A DNA stretch of 64,000 nucleotides from Calcarisporiella thermophila CBS 279.70 (Eukaryota; Fungi; Calcarisporiellomycota). A program made the position numbers and the translations under genes. The notes below the pieces were generated by a model. That model did no database searches. It saw nothing but the letters and a program-made list of their open reading frames with translations, and was not told the DNA's origin. Where the stretch lies: contig NW_027192210.1 in assembly GCF_041956535.1 (NCBI RefSeq), positions 318,021 to 382,020 on the forward strand. The letters are read 5' to 3'. Of the stretch, positions 36,633-49,705 are shown piece by piece. Positions within the stretch are counted from its first letter, which is position 1; the number at the start of each line of letters is the position of its first letter.

Positions 36633-38312
36633 TTACAACTGATCCTCCCCCATCTCCATATTGCCGACCTCCCCTCCCTCCTCACCCATCTCGTCGCCTC
36701 CCATTTCCCCGTCTAACATCCCCTCCTCTTGTTGAAGCTGCTGCAGATGTTGGTGCAGGTGTTTATCGACCTCTTCTCCCTCTGCTTTGATATCGTCTCC
36801 ATTCTCCATTTTCTCATCGCGCAGCTCTCCTACCCCCTCTTCAAGCCCTCCACCCTCCGCGCCAGGGAGCATCGAAACAGTAAGTCCCGGGCTTCCACCT
36901 CCCATTAAGCCCCCGCTGATTCCAACGACCGATCGCTTTCGCGTCATAGGCGAGACGGGAGATCGATGGGTCATTGAGGGAGAGGAGTGAGAGGCACCCT
37001 GTGACATTGCTAGTTGATGCGGACTCGAGCCTCCTCCAGATCCAGCATTGCCCGTGCCGATGCTAGAAGGATTTCCCTCCAAGCCTCCTCCCATCTGTTG
37101 CTCTCCCCCCGTTGTTTTCCCCTGCTGTTGCTGCTGCTGCTGCTGTTGTTGTTGTTGCTGCTGCTGCTGCTGTTGGGTTTGCCTTAAGTTCACGGCAAAT
37201 TTCTGCAGAGATTCAATGGCTCCCCATTGGTTGCTTTGGGAAAACTGCATCAAGTCACGCATCACCCATATCGTGTCATACATCTCCAGAGACTTCATCA
37301 CACGATCCGGGAAACCGCACGCACTTAACCGGGATTCACCCACGCTCCCATCGCTGCCCATGACTTTATCGCCGCTGCCGTCTTCGGATTTGATTTCTTT
37401 CATTCCGGGTCGTCGTGGGATATATTCGGTATGATGTCGCGTATTAAACTCGAATTTCTCGATTTTTGGGAATGGGTTGAACAGCACCCGAAGATGCCCT
37501 TCGGCGATCAACTATCCTCGCAAAAAGATAAATGGTCAGACGGGTATATAGACAGCTAAAGCAGCTTGGCCTACTTTGACTTCATTCTCATAGTGGTAAA
37601 GCATGGAAGCTCTCGGGCATTCAACAATGTTTGTGTGGGAGCCAAGCAAAAACTCTTGTGAACTGCCAACTACCAGCTGAATGGAAGTGACACCCTCCTG
37701 GAAAAGCGTGTAGTAAAATCGTGGCAGGGTGGGGGCAGCAATTTCTAACATAATGAGAGAATCACCAGGCATTAATCATCTGTCCCATCCAGCTCGAGGC
37801 ATTTGAAATCAAGGGCTCACCAAAGGGCTGGACCTCCTTCTTCTGGTCGTTCCACAGAGATATCCGCATCCCCCCATGATCGACGTAGAATTCACTAATG
37901 AACGCCCTCCAATAATCAAGCGTCTTGCTTTGCTACAGGTTCGGAAAGAGTAAGGTCAAAGATATTTTCGTTTTGCTTCTGCTCAGAGACAGTGAATACC
38001 AACCTCAGGATTTGCAGGTGATAATCGCTCAACATACTGTAATAACCGCAATACGGCAGCACCGCCCCCACTACCCATGGGCCGTGGTCCTTGCATAGGG
38101 GCGGGTCGCATATACACAGGCTGTCCGTATCCTGCAGCGGTTGGCATTACAAACCCAGCTGCCGCCGGCCTTGCAGTCCCTGCGCCCGCCATCATAGCTG
38201 CTGAAACTGCTGTAGAGGGTGGTCTTAGAGCTGCAGCAGCGGCTAACTGCTGTTGTTGCCGACGGAGCATTTGCGTCTGAGCATTGTGATTCAAATGTTG
38301 CGTCGCTGACAT
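36633..38312 (-). CDS. LIM-domain-binding/SEUSS-family transcriptional co-regulator (Mfg1/PtaB/Adn1-like)
   Basis: AVLRLLQYVERLS, YWRAFISEFY, EIAAPTLPRFYYTLFQEGVTSIQL, EGHLRVLF...KIEKFEFNTRHHTEYIPR, GFPDRVMKSLE and a polyQ tract. Confidence 0.85.
37122..37175 (-). repeat. CAG/CAA polyglutamine tract (18 Q)
   Basis: Read directly within the LDB-family CDS. Confidence 0.9.
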
Positions 38313-39202
38313 CTGCAATTTTTTGACCTTTCAAAAAAGTGGTAAAAAGGGGGAGCAATGATTAAAATTATATGCGGGGATGCTAATAATTGTGTAAAAA
38401 AAAGGTAGATGCAGGGGGAAAGAATCACGAAAGAGTAGGAAGCATGGCTTTCTCTTGTACTTGAAAATAATATAAAGGATGCCTAAAAAATCTGTTCCCA
38501 AGTTCAGGATCTTTAACTTCTAATAATAATTATATCAATCTGGTATATTCTTGATGAGATTATATGGCCGCGAAAATAAAACGATGTGGGAGGACCGGAG
38601 CGGAAATAAAATCAAAATGACTCTTCTCTGGGAAGTGGGAGGTGAACGAGTGCAATGTTGCAAGAGAGAGCGTGCAAAAACAAGAACAAGATCGCGCACC
38701 CAACAGATCTGTTACAATTTTAGATCGAAGATTAGGACACCTCTCGATATGTGGTGTATGAAAAGGAAAGGGTCTGAATTGTGCAGGAGTAAGGATGACG
38801 AAAGCCCATGACGGCAGCACCATGTGTGCTATTATTAGAAATTTTTTGCTATGAAATCGACTCGTTGGAAAACTGATCTTTTAATTTTATCTGGTCAAAC
38901 GCGTGGTAAAGAAAGGAACTCCTTGATATACCCACCATTGTTAGGCATTATATCCACATTTTTTATTCTGATTCCCCTCCTCCACCTTCCCCTCCCCACC
39001 GAATACACGGCCAACGCTTGTAGCACGCCCAACGCCTTTGTTTTGGTCTATTTTTTCATCATTATTTCTCCTCCTATCCTAGACATAGCCTCAAAACCCT
39101 TTTTTGTACTTATTGGTCTCATCGCTCCTCTTCCTACAACTTCCCGTGGTCTACTCTATGTCACTTTTGTCACCTTGATTGGATGATACCAGTACTAGAT
39201 CG

Positions 39203-41758
39203 ATGGCTACCACGAAAACCGATCATGCATCCCCGCTCACCCGAAAATCCACAGCAACCATGCGGCCTATGGGCCCTAGGGAAATTACTTGGATGAAGTC
39301 CTCCGCGCCCCAGCCTGGTCCGGCCGGTTTAAGAGCGAAAGTGGATGCGCCCAAGGCAAATGGTGAATCCGCTAGTAAGCGGCCACGGAGCAACATTGAA
39401 TTATCTACCGCCAACAATGCCGCCGCAATCTCAAAAGGGAAAGTCGCCACAGAGGTTAAACCAAAGCGCGCGATACTTGGGCCGCGGCCCCCTCCAAAGA
39501 ATTACGCATGGTCACCAGTAGTGTTCACAACGGGCTCTGTCAATAATAGAAATGCTAAGGAGGCAGAAAACTCTCAAAAGCCATTCTCATTATCTTCAGA
39601 GGAAGACACAATAGAGGAGAATTCAACGCCTTCACCTCCAGGCTCGTCTTCAATGCCTGCCGAGTCTTCTGTCTCTTCACAAGCTTACGACTCTGGCTCC
39701 ACCTCGTCCTCCTCTCCTCCTCTGCACGTTCAATCCTCCATCATCGATGGTAATAGCAAGTCTACGTCTACAGCCTCTCATTCGAACCAACAGCAACCCC
39801 AAGTCAATGGGGACGTTGGACAAGCGGACCTTTCGCGGTTTCCTAGTCTGAAGATGCCAGTACCGCAGCGAGTCATTCATAGTTTGGGTGACCAGATTGC
39901 GTATGTGCTCTCGTCGCCAGAGTACTTGCAAATGCTGGTTGAAGCAGGTTGGACGAACACGGAAGCCGCAACGAATGATGAAATTTCAACGGATTCGGTA
40001 GAACAGATGGGAGAGTTCCAATTGAGTGGTAGAGTATCCAACCTTTTTGCCAAATGGTTCTATTTTCTTGCCCAAAAATCAATTCTCATACTCACTCTAT
40101 TTCCCTCCAGTAGATACCCCTTTACATTATCGGAATCGTGATTTGGTGGCGTTCCCTCATCAAGGTATCGCTGATATCCCGTATGATTCTCCTGCAGCTA
40201 CAGTGCCGTCTTATTTGCAGACGCACCCTGCTTTCCAACACCCCTTCCATAGTCTAAAACCATCTTCTGTTGGAGTTATTCCCAAACATATCAAGGCCAT
40301 GAACGGAGATCAGTATGCTTTGGACAGCCCCTCTTCCGAATTGAATGCCGTCCCAAATCTATCCTTCCATGGTCCGAACTCTATGCCCATGAAGCGATCT
40401 ACTTGGACCCAGCCTGCCACCCCATTTATCGGGCTGTCTTCTCAGGGAACTCCTAATTCATTTATGAGTTCCACCTCACTAGCAACGTCAACTGCCTCCA
40501 AAGCCAGACTTTCTCTCCAGCTTGGACACACTGCTGCTGCGGCTCGTGATGGTAACAATCGCAAATTCAAAGTCTCCTCCACCCTGGTCCACGACGCTGA
40601 TGCCCTGGCTCTCTATCGCCAGCAGGCCGAGAAAACCCAGGATCCCGATATTCAACTCTCGTTTGCCAAATGCTTGCTTGAGATGGCCACCAGTTCGAAC
40701 GCAGTACCCTCCGAAACCCGTACCAAACTAGAGGCGGAGGCGGTGTATTGGGTGGAACGGCTTGCCTCCAAAGGCCATGGCGAAGCGTGCTACCTTAAGG
40801 GGATGTGGCACTACGAGGGGCGGTTTGGAGTGATAAAGTCAGCGGACAAAGCGAAGAGTTTCTATCTGACGGCGTCGAAACAAAATGTACCGTTGGCCAA
40901 CTATGCTCTTGGCAGGCACTATGAGGCGAACTCTCTCTATGCAAAGGCAATCACCTACTATAAGAAGGGGGCGGCGCTTGGAAATACAGAGGCTGGATTT
41001 GTAAACTTCAAATATTGGCTGATGGTGACCATTTCTAGGATTCTAAACTACCTCTCTTTTTTTCCTTTCCATCTCTCTAGAGACTGGCAATGATGCACCT
41101 GTTCGGTGAGATGAAGCAGCCCCAGAATTTCAAACAGGGAATGATGTATCTCAAGATAGCCGCCAAGGGCGCCACCGAGGCGTGTCCACAGCCGGCCTAC
41201 ATACTAGGATTGATTCTTGCTGACGAATATGATGCAGTCAAGATCCCGCGTGAGCACACAATGCCCGACGACGGCGCGGCGCTGTCCATGTTTTCGGCTG
41301 CGGCTTCGCTCGGGTATGGGCCTGCTCTGATACGGCTGGGGAGAATTTGGGAGAGAGGCGAGCTGGGGCTTGGGGTGGATATTGGTAAAGCTGTCGGATA
41401 TTACCGAGAGGCGGCAGAGGAGGCTGGGGAACCAGACGCGATGCTCTCGCTGTCTCGACTCTATCTCGAGGGAAGCCCTGAGTACCCCCGCGATGAAGAG
41501 CAAGCCTTCTACTGGTGTCAGAGCGCCGCCAATCTCGAGTATCCCACCGCATTATACGCCCTAGGCTATTTATTGGAGGTGGGTATTGGCTGCGAGCCCA
41601 ATATGGAGGAGGCAAAGACTTGCTACGAGAGGGCAGCCGAGAAGGGCAGCGAGGAAGCCAAGGCGAGATTACGGGGGATAGGTAGGATGACCAGCGGAGA
41701 GGGCGGCGATGGAATAGAAGCTAGAGAAAAGCCCAAGGGCGATTGTGTCATATCTTAG
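39203..41758 (+). CDS. SEL1-repeat chitin synthase activator (Chs4/Skt5-like) with CaaX box
   Basis: ALALYRQQAEKTQDPDIQLSFAKCLL, multiple SEL1 repeats (AFYWCQSAA...ALYALGYLLEVGIGC...AKTCYERAAEKG) and C-terminal CVIS*. Confidence 0.85.
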
Positions 41759-42196
41759 ATTTTGTTTTTTGTTTTTTGTTTTTTTTTTTTCGGGCCCGAG
41801 GTCACCGCTGATTTATTGTATATATTTCTCGCCTTTCATCTCATTTTATTGTTTAATTTTTACTGCCTCGCGATGGTAAAAATTTTATAAACACATGAAT
41901 ATTCCTCAATGCAGATCGATCTATTTGGGATGAGGGGTGGGGCCTCCATTGACACAGCATCCTTTGCGCATTCGCGAGAATTTTGTAAAGATTATCCAGC
42001 GGAGGGATAAATTCCTAGCGTCCCTGAGCCGATGAGCGAATATCCGTTCGTGCAGGGATAGCTCTCAACCACATTCCGGTTGCACAGAGAAAAATGTTTA
42101 ATTCCAGATAAATCTATACAGCTCTATTCCTTCTCCCCTATCGATTTTTGCTCTGAACGAGACTCCCCCGATTTTTCTCTGCGATTTACCTAGCGA

Positions 42197-44688
42197 ATGG
42201 ATCGTCCCATGGCCCCCAGTGGTGCGGCTTCCAACAGGGGTCCTCCTTCCTCGTCTCTCAAGGCGTCCACCACCGCCCAAGTCTACTACGAGGCATTTAC
42301 TCGATTCCTGGAGGATCATCTGGCCAAGGACCAGACCCTTACCCAAAGGTCGTCGGCGAAAGACAAACTAACCCGGCTCACCCGCCAGCAGTTTCAGGAA
42401 TTGTCGACCGATGTCTACGATGAATTGATGCGCCGATCGAATAAACCGGATGAGAGTATGCATTTATTTTTTTTCTCTCTAACTAGGTTCTAAGCTTAGC
42501 TTGGATTATTTACTCATTTCCATTTGTCCTCTCGATGCTTCTCAGTTCCATTCTTGCCGGTACGAAATGACTTTCATCCAAAGCGAAATCAAGCTCGACA
42601 GAAATTGGCCACGCTACCAAAGGTCCGATTTCAAGATCTCGCAAGCGATGTCTACTTCGAGTTGCAGAGGCGCCATCCGGAACTTAAAACACCGGTATTT
42701 ACCAAAGCCCAAGGAATGATAATTCAGTGCGAATTCTAATCTTCTATCTTGCCTTCAAGTATAAAAATACGTCTCATTCTCCTAGTGAGCAGGCAACGCC
42801 CAATCAATCGCAGACTGAAAATATTGTCCCGGTGAAAGGCACCATCAATGTCGAGAATGTAAACCCGTACGCAAATGCATCTCAGAGTCTTACACAAGAG
42901 AAACGCGACCCTAACGGGACATCTGCCTCTTCAATATCCTCTAACCAAAACGGCTATCCCCAGCGCCCTAGTGACCTCCCCCCACGGAACCCTCAAGACC
43001 CTAGTGCTTCCAAAATTTCCAGCAATTATAGCATTGACAAAGGGGGAGAGAATAACAAGAATTTCCAGTCTCTGGACAATTTGATGGTTGATTTGGGTAA
43101 TATGATCAGCAAGGAGCCCTATAGTGCCTCCAACACTATGACGAAATCGGAGAAGATGGAGAAAGTCGAGCAAGAAAGGAAATCTGAGAGAACAGTATGT
43201 TATTTAAGGGAGAGATTATAGCAATATCCGGGTTTATTGATTTTCGATATCTTTTTTTTTATTCAAGACGACCTCTTCAAATGCGGTCTCAAGCTTTAGT
43301 GGCTATGATAACAGCATGACTGAGTTCGAGCGAGTTCGAGCCGATTACGAATTACGTATCGCGACAATGAGGAAGCGAATCGGGCAATTGGAAAGCCGGT
43401 TGGCGGTAGTTATTTTCACTCTATTGGCATCGTTGTTGGCCCGGCGATGTTTACGCTGTTTACAATCTTAATTTAGGAGAATACTGGGGGAAAAACGACC
43501 GATGTTGTGAAGATGCAGCAGCTGGAAGATCAGCTTGCTCAGCAAAAGCACCAATACCAACAACAAACTGTCAAATTGAGTAAACTCCAGGCCGATTTTG
43601 ACAAGCTTCAAGAGGATTACAATAATCAGATGGAGGTACTTTCCTCGACAACTTTTAAATATCTTTGATCCATTCTCTGACAAAGGCTGTTTTTTTTGTT
43701 TCATTGTCTAGGTCGCCAACGATATTCGACAGGAACTTACGGCGTTGCTGGAGGAGATTAAGGATTTAAGTAGGCATAATGAGGAAATGGCTGCAGAGAG
43801 GGAGCAACAGGAGAGTACCATTAGGACTCTTACACAACAAGTATGCGTTCATGGTTCCGTGATTTCTCCATCCCGCCTGACTAATGGATTTCCTCTACTG
43901 TTTAGAATAAAGAGTGGAAGTCCAAATATGAAAGCTTGAAGATCGAGTTAAGAGGCCTGCGCTGCACTAACTCGTTCATTTATGAGGCGCCGCGGACGGA
44001 CATGGTGCGTGATGGATATTTGGTCCCATCTCAAAACGGAGTCGTAGATTATGCGCGTGTCATCGCGTATCAGCTTGCTGTGGATGAGTTATTGTGCGCT
44101 GGCCGGTAAGCTTGCCACCTCTTTTTGGCCTCTAAGGAAATTTGCTAACAAGCTTTTTTGGGCGTGTTGTTTAAATTCATTAGCACTCACACTCCAACCA
44201 ACGTTCTCTTGGCCATGAAGTCTATAGTCACTGCATGCAAGGCGATTACTGAAGAAGTGGAGGCGTATGAGGAAAACCATAGCTTAGCAATGTCAGAGGG
44301 TCTTGCCCAGTGCAAGGCTCGCCTCTCAGCAGCACTCACACACCTCATGTCTGCTGCTCGCAACCACGCAACCGGCGCCGGTCTATTCCCGGTTATTCTT
44401 CTGGACAGAGCCGCTGAACATCTTACAGCCGCAGTGGCAGAGATGGTAAAATCGGTGGGTTTGAGGCGGTCGCCTTCCCATGATGATGTCGCCGAGGAGA
44501 TGGGCGGGCGAGCCGGCGAGGAGAGGAGTCCGGCCAGCTCACCGACCGATAGTCAAGGCTCGGTGGTCTCTCCTCGAACCCCAAACGTTGGAAATGGGGT
44601 TTGGGCTCCGCCTGAAATCGAAAGAGTGCGAGGAAAGTTGGAGAGGGAACAGCGGAATGTGCCAGAGACCGGAAGAGGATTCTTTTAG
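42197..44688 (+). CDS. SPA2: Polarisome scaffold Spa2 (two SHD/GIT repeats, coiled coil, C-terminal helical domain)
   Basis: AKDKLTRLTRQQFQELSTDVYDELMRR, HPKRNQARQKLATLPKVRFQDLASDVYFELQRR and the C-terminal LMSAARNHATGAGLFPVILLDRAA. Confidence 0.92.
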
Positions 44689-45474
44689 ACGCCTCACTTT
44701 TTGCGGATATATGCAAAGCGTGTCCCTAGCGACGATGCGTACGGCGTGCCCCGCTAATGCGTACTAGTTGGGCAGCTGATGGCACCGATGTGTGCCGATA
44801 ATGATGATGTGTTTACTCTTTTTTTCCCCTTTTAATGATAGTGTTATCTATGCCATTCCTTATTATTATTTTTACCTATGATTATTACTGTATATAAGTG
44901 TATCACCGCGATTCAATATCTCTTTATATCCCCGTCTTCTCCCTACCCCTGTCTACTTCTTCTATTTTATTTGCTGTCCATGATTATATTGTCTGTTGGA
45001 TCCCTTCTTAACAGTAATATATATCAAATAGGCCAGATGGCTCTCGCTGGCTGCGACCTGTTTGGAGGAAACCTAATCCGGCCCGGATCCCTATCTTTCG
45101 CGTGCTTCCCAAACCATAATTTTGGCTTCAGGAGCTTTTCCCGCAGTGCGTCACCAATTTCCGCTCTGACATATGGACATGTGAAAAAAAATGTCACGTT
45201 TTTTGCTTTGATCTCCGTTTTCCATTTGCTATCTCCACTCTCCATCCTGGTCTTTTGGAGTAGCTTGCCTTCAGCCAAATTCCTTTAGTTTACTTTTGGC
45301 TGATATAAATACATACAAATATATTATCTATATACGTTTATTCCCCCCTCTTCTCTTCTCATTTCTTACTCCATCCTCAGATTAGACCAGGCACAGCTGT
45401 GCAGGGATTCTATGCTAGCTTTTTCTATTTCTAATTAGATAGACTATTCACATTTCCATTCACCAAGATCTAAT

Positions 45475-48443
45475 ATGTCTTCCGCCACCCCCCCCTTCTC
45501 CTCCCCCATCCATTCCCTTCTCGCCTCCTTCAATGCCGCCAAAAAATCACGGTCTCTTACGACCACCCAGAAGCAACTAGCCATCGCCATCGTCGCACTC
45601 TCTGCCGCCATCCTTAATCATCTCCGTCAGCAAGCCCTCAACCGCTCTTCTAATGCCAACCAGAAGCGAGTTGGCAGCCGGCCTCACATCTCACGCAATT
45701 CTTCGACGCAATCTGGATTCTCCGATGATTTTCTTTACGGCCCGCGCCGGACCGTCCTTGGGATGAATGAGACGTCTCCGGAAGTGTTTGAGCAGAATCG
45801 GGAAATGTTTCCCGTTGCGAAGCTGGGGCAAAAGGTCGGGGTTGGAAAGGAATTCCTGAGGGAATTGCGGGCGATTGTGAACATCATTATCCCCAGTGTG
45901 TGGAGCAAAGAAGTGTTTCTTCTTCTGCTGCAGTCCGCATTTTTGGTGCTAAGAACATGGTTGAGTGTAGTGGTTGCAAAATTGGATGGGCAAATCGTGA
46001 GGGATCTGGTGGGTGATAAAACTGGTGATTGAATAGGGTGGCTGTGAATGCGATTTATTAATTCTGTTGAGGTGATTAGGTGTCAGCGAACGGCCCAGCC
46101 TTTCTAAAAGGCCTTGGCTACTGGTTTGCGATTTCTCTGCCCGCTACCTACACAAACAGCATGGTAAGTCGTCTAAGCATTAAACCGGGAACTCGGGACC
46201 ATGTAGTAACTCTAGTGAATATCAACAGATTCGCTATTTGCAGTCCAAGCTTGCCATTTCATTCCGCACACGCTTAACTCGCTATGTCCATGACCTCTAT
46301 TTGAATGATCGGATCCCATATTACAAGGTGCTCAATCTGGATGTACGCATCGAGGGTGCAGATCAGTAAGTTTTTTTTTCACTTTCCTCACCAGTCCTAT
46401 GCTTACACGCTCTTTTCCAATATTTATTTTTCTCACTCTGCTTTCTCTCCCTCTCTTCTTACACTAGATATATTACCACCGATATTGCTCGCTTTACTGA
46501 AACATTGTCCAGTCTTTTCTCGAACTTGGGCAAGCCCCTTCTCGACATGTTTATTTTCAATTATCAGCTCGTCCAAAATATTGGATTTGCCGGGATGATC
46601 GGCCTATCAGTTAACTATATCGTGACGGCAAGGTTGCTGAGGGCTGTGTCACCGGCATTTGGAAAGTTGGCTGCAATAGAAGCCAAATTAGAGGTATGCT
46701 CTACATTGTGGTTGTGTTGAGTTTCGAGTTGCTAATTAGCTTCAATCCCGGGACACCCTTTCTTTCAACAATAGGGTGATTTCCGCTCTGCTCATGCTCG
46801 CCTCATCACCAATGCAGAAGAAATCGCTTTTTACAACGGTGCGCCCATAGAAAAAACGATCCTCAACCGCTCTTACCGCCAACTCATTCGCCATGTCAAC
46901 TCGATTTATCGCCTGCGAATTGGCTACAACATGTTCGAAGACTTCATTATAAAATATTCTTGGAGTGCAGTGGGTCTGCTCATGAGCGCGCTCCCTGTGT
47001 TTTTCCCGGGTTGGGTGAGCCTAACATCACAGATGGGCAGCTCAGACAAACACAAGGATGACACGGGCAAGCACACGAGCGGGTTCATCACCAACAAGCG
47101 ACTGATGATGTCGTTGGCGGATGCAGGCGGTCGAATGATGTATTCGTACAAAGATTTGGCAGAGCTGGCAGGGTACACCTCCAGAGTGTATAGCTTGCTG
47201 GCCGTGCTCCATGAGCTTCACGCCGGAAACTACATGAATGTGGAGCAGGCGAACGGCAAGGAGCCGGTCGGAGAGGAGGAAAAGCAAGCGAAAAACAAAG
47301 ATAAATATTTGCTGACAGACATCCGAGGCACCGTGCAGGAGGGCTACGACGGCGTCAAATTCCTCCATGTGCCCATTGTCGTGCCGGCGCCTGACAATCC
47401 CAAGGGCGGAGAGGAACTGATCCACGACCTCAACATCGAGGTTGGCCCCGGCGAACACCTGCTCGTCACCGGCCCCAATGGGGTGGGGAAGAGTGCGGTG
47501 GCCCGCGTGTTGAGCGGGCTCTGGCCGGTATGGAGAGGAGCGCTTGCGAAGCCTTTTGGCGGAGAGATTTTCTATGTGCCCCAGCGACCCTACTTGAGTC
47601 TTGGCACCCTGAGAGCGCAGTACGATTATCTCCTTTTGAATACCCGTATAGACTTCATCTGATAGTTGACTTGTGAATTTTATCCCCTCTTTCGCGTTTT
47701 AGGATCATCTACCCCCACTCCCTCGAAGACATGCAGGATGCAGGGCGTACCGACGAAGAACTCTTGGATATTTTGAAGGCCGTCCATTTGGAATACATTC
47801 CCGAGCGCGAGGGTGGTTTCGACACCGTGAAGGAATGGAAAGATGTGTTTTCCGGGGGCGAGAAACAGCGTGTGGGAATCGCGCGGCTGTTTTACCACCG
47901 GCCAAGATTTGCGGTCTTGGATGAGTGTAAGTGACAGATTTCAAGGCGATGCTGGCTCCTATAAAGTAAGATCTAATGGCTAATGGGAATGTTGCTCGAT
48001 TAGGCACGAGTGCCGTGAGTTCGGATGTTGAAGGACTCATGTACAATCATGCGAAGGAGATGGGCATTTGTGCGTATTGCTATATTGCTTTTTTGCCTTT
48101 TTTTTCAGACTCCTTAACTCGCTTTTAATGCTGCCCTACAGCTCTCATCACCATTTCGCATCGGCCAGCCCTGTTCAAGTACCACACGCACCTCTTGAAG
48201 CTTACCGGAGACCATGGGCGCTGGGAATTCTCGCGTATCGGCACCACGGAGGAACGCATGTCGAGCGACAAGGAAATCGAGGCGCTCGAGGCAAAACTTG
48301 AGCAGGTGGAGGCGCTAAAACAGCGATTGAGGGAAATCAATGCCGAACTCCAACTCAGCACGGCCCAAAAAGAAGGGGAGGGCCAGGACACAAGCAAGGG
48401 GGTGCTGAGGCATGCAAAGCGGACGCTTGTGGAAAGCGATTAG
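45475..48443 (+). CDS. PXA1: Peroxisomal ABCD half-transporter (Pxa1-like)
   Basis: [23 protein letters not shown] (EAA motif), Walker [23 protein letters not shown], signature FSGGEKQR and Walker B AVLDEC. Confidence 0.88.
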
Positions 48444-49085
48444 AGGTTATTTTTTCTTTTCTGTTGTAAAAACACATTACTGCACCCACCACTACTATTT
48501 AGTTATTTTTTGGCGAGGAAAGAGAGTGTGTAATTGGCTATGCGATAAATTATATAATCATCAATAAATATGGGCAAATAGATGGGACTATTTGGAAAGT
48601 GCGAGGAGGCTAAGGGAGTAGGGGGAAAAGCAGCAAAAATGTTTTGATTCGGATGGCTCTTGTATCATACCTCTTAAACTCGCAGGTATGTGGAGGGAGG
48701 TTGGAGCTAGCGCGGCTGATCCCCTCTTACAGGGCTGCCAAATAGAGGATATCTTGGTCCACTTTTAATTTCGATCGTAGTCGGTGGCAATCCCACATAG
48801 CTCGCGGAAATCCGGCAATGGCATTTCGGGCATTTTTTCAGCCTAGTGTGCTTGGCGGCCAGGCTATAAAAGCGAAAGAAACGGCCTCGCGACCTCCGCC
48901 TTTCTTAGCATCCTCACTAATCATATACCCGCTTGCATATCCTGAGGCATATACCCTTTTCCTCATATACCCCATAGACCCCATAGACCCACACCTCACC
49001 TACGCTCACTCACACACACTTGTTATCCCATCGAACCATTCACTTAACACACTCTGCACTTCAGCATAACTATCTGTCATTGAAG

Positions 49086-49705
49086 ATGAAGCTGTTGACC
49101 TTTTGTTTCCTCGTCCCCGTTGTCCTCGCCGTCCCGGTGGCATATCCTGAGTATGAGGTGCCAGAGGCCGCGGAACGGCCCGCACCCCATTTCCTCGGCA
49201 CCAAACTCCAGGTCCACCCAAAGGTGAATTTGCTGGGGAACAACCCGCTCGTGGTGATCCGACCCGCCCCGCCCCCCAAACCCGTACACAAACACAGACC
49301 CGTTGAACACGAGTCCATGGGAAAGGAGGAGTACGAGGAGGAGGGGGAGGAGGAGGGGGGGGAAGAGGAGGAGAAGTTGGACGAGGATACGCTGCTGGCG
49401 CTGAAAAAAAACAAGTCTCGACAGGCAACCGTACGCATGGGCTACTAGTAGGACCGCGCCTGCTCATCACTAGCACATTCGTCATCAAGCCTCCTTCACA
49501 GTCGCCGCGCCTCCAGCCCCTTCCCACACCTGAGGCTCAGGGTGGTGGAGGCGGTGGCAGGGGAGAGAGAGAAGAGGGTAGAGGAGGAGGAGGAGGCGTG
49601 GATACATTGGCGGTTGTGCTAGGTCCTGTCTTGGCGCTAATACTTTTAGCTATAGTAGGCTGTCTTATGAGTTCATGTAGTTGCGATGAATCTTATGGTC
49701 GATAG
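49086..49705 (+). CDS. Uncharacterised signal-peptide protein; spliced form (49086-49430, 49502-49705; 182 aa) is a single-pass membrane protein
   Basis: Signal MKLLTFCFLVPVVLA; Pro-rich, then Glu-rich. A GTACGC...CACAG intron puts LAVVLGPVLALILLAIVGCLM in frame. TATAAAA at 48865. Confidence 0.65.

Noticed and set aside
37048-37434. Poly-Cys ORF
   Set aside because: Antisense reading of the polyQ tract.
38569-38904. SCB-like CGCGAAA and MCB ACGCGT in the LDB/CHS4 divergent promoter
   Set aside because: Single short motifs are expected by chance many times in 64 kb; no clustering.
49222-49250. VNLLGNNPL resembling the end (VNLNPL) of the shared secreted module
   Set aside because: Too short, and the rest of the module and the KR|Q site are absent.
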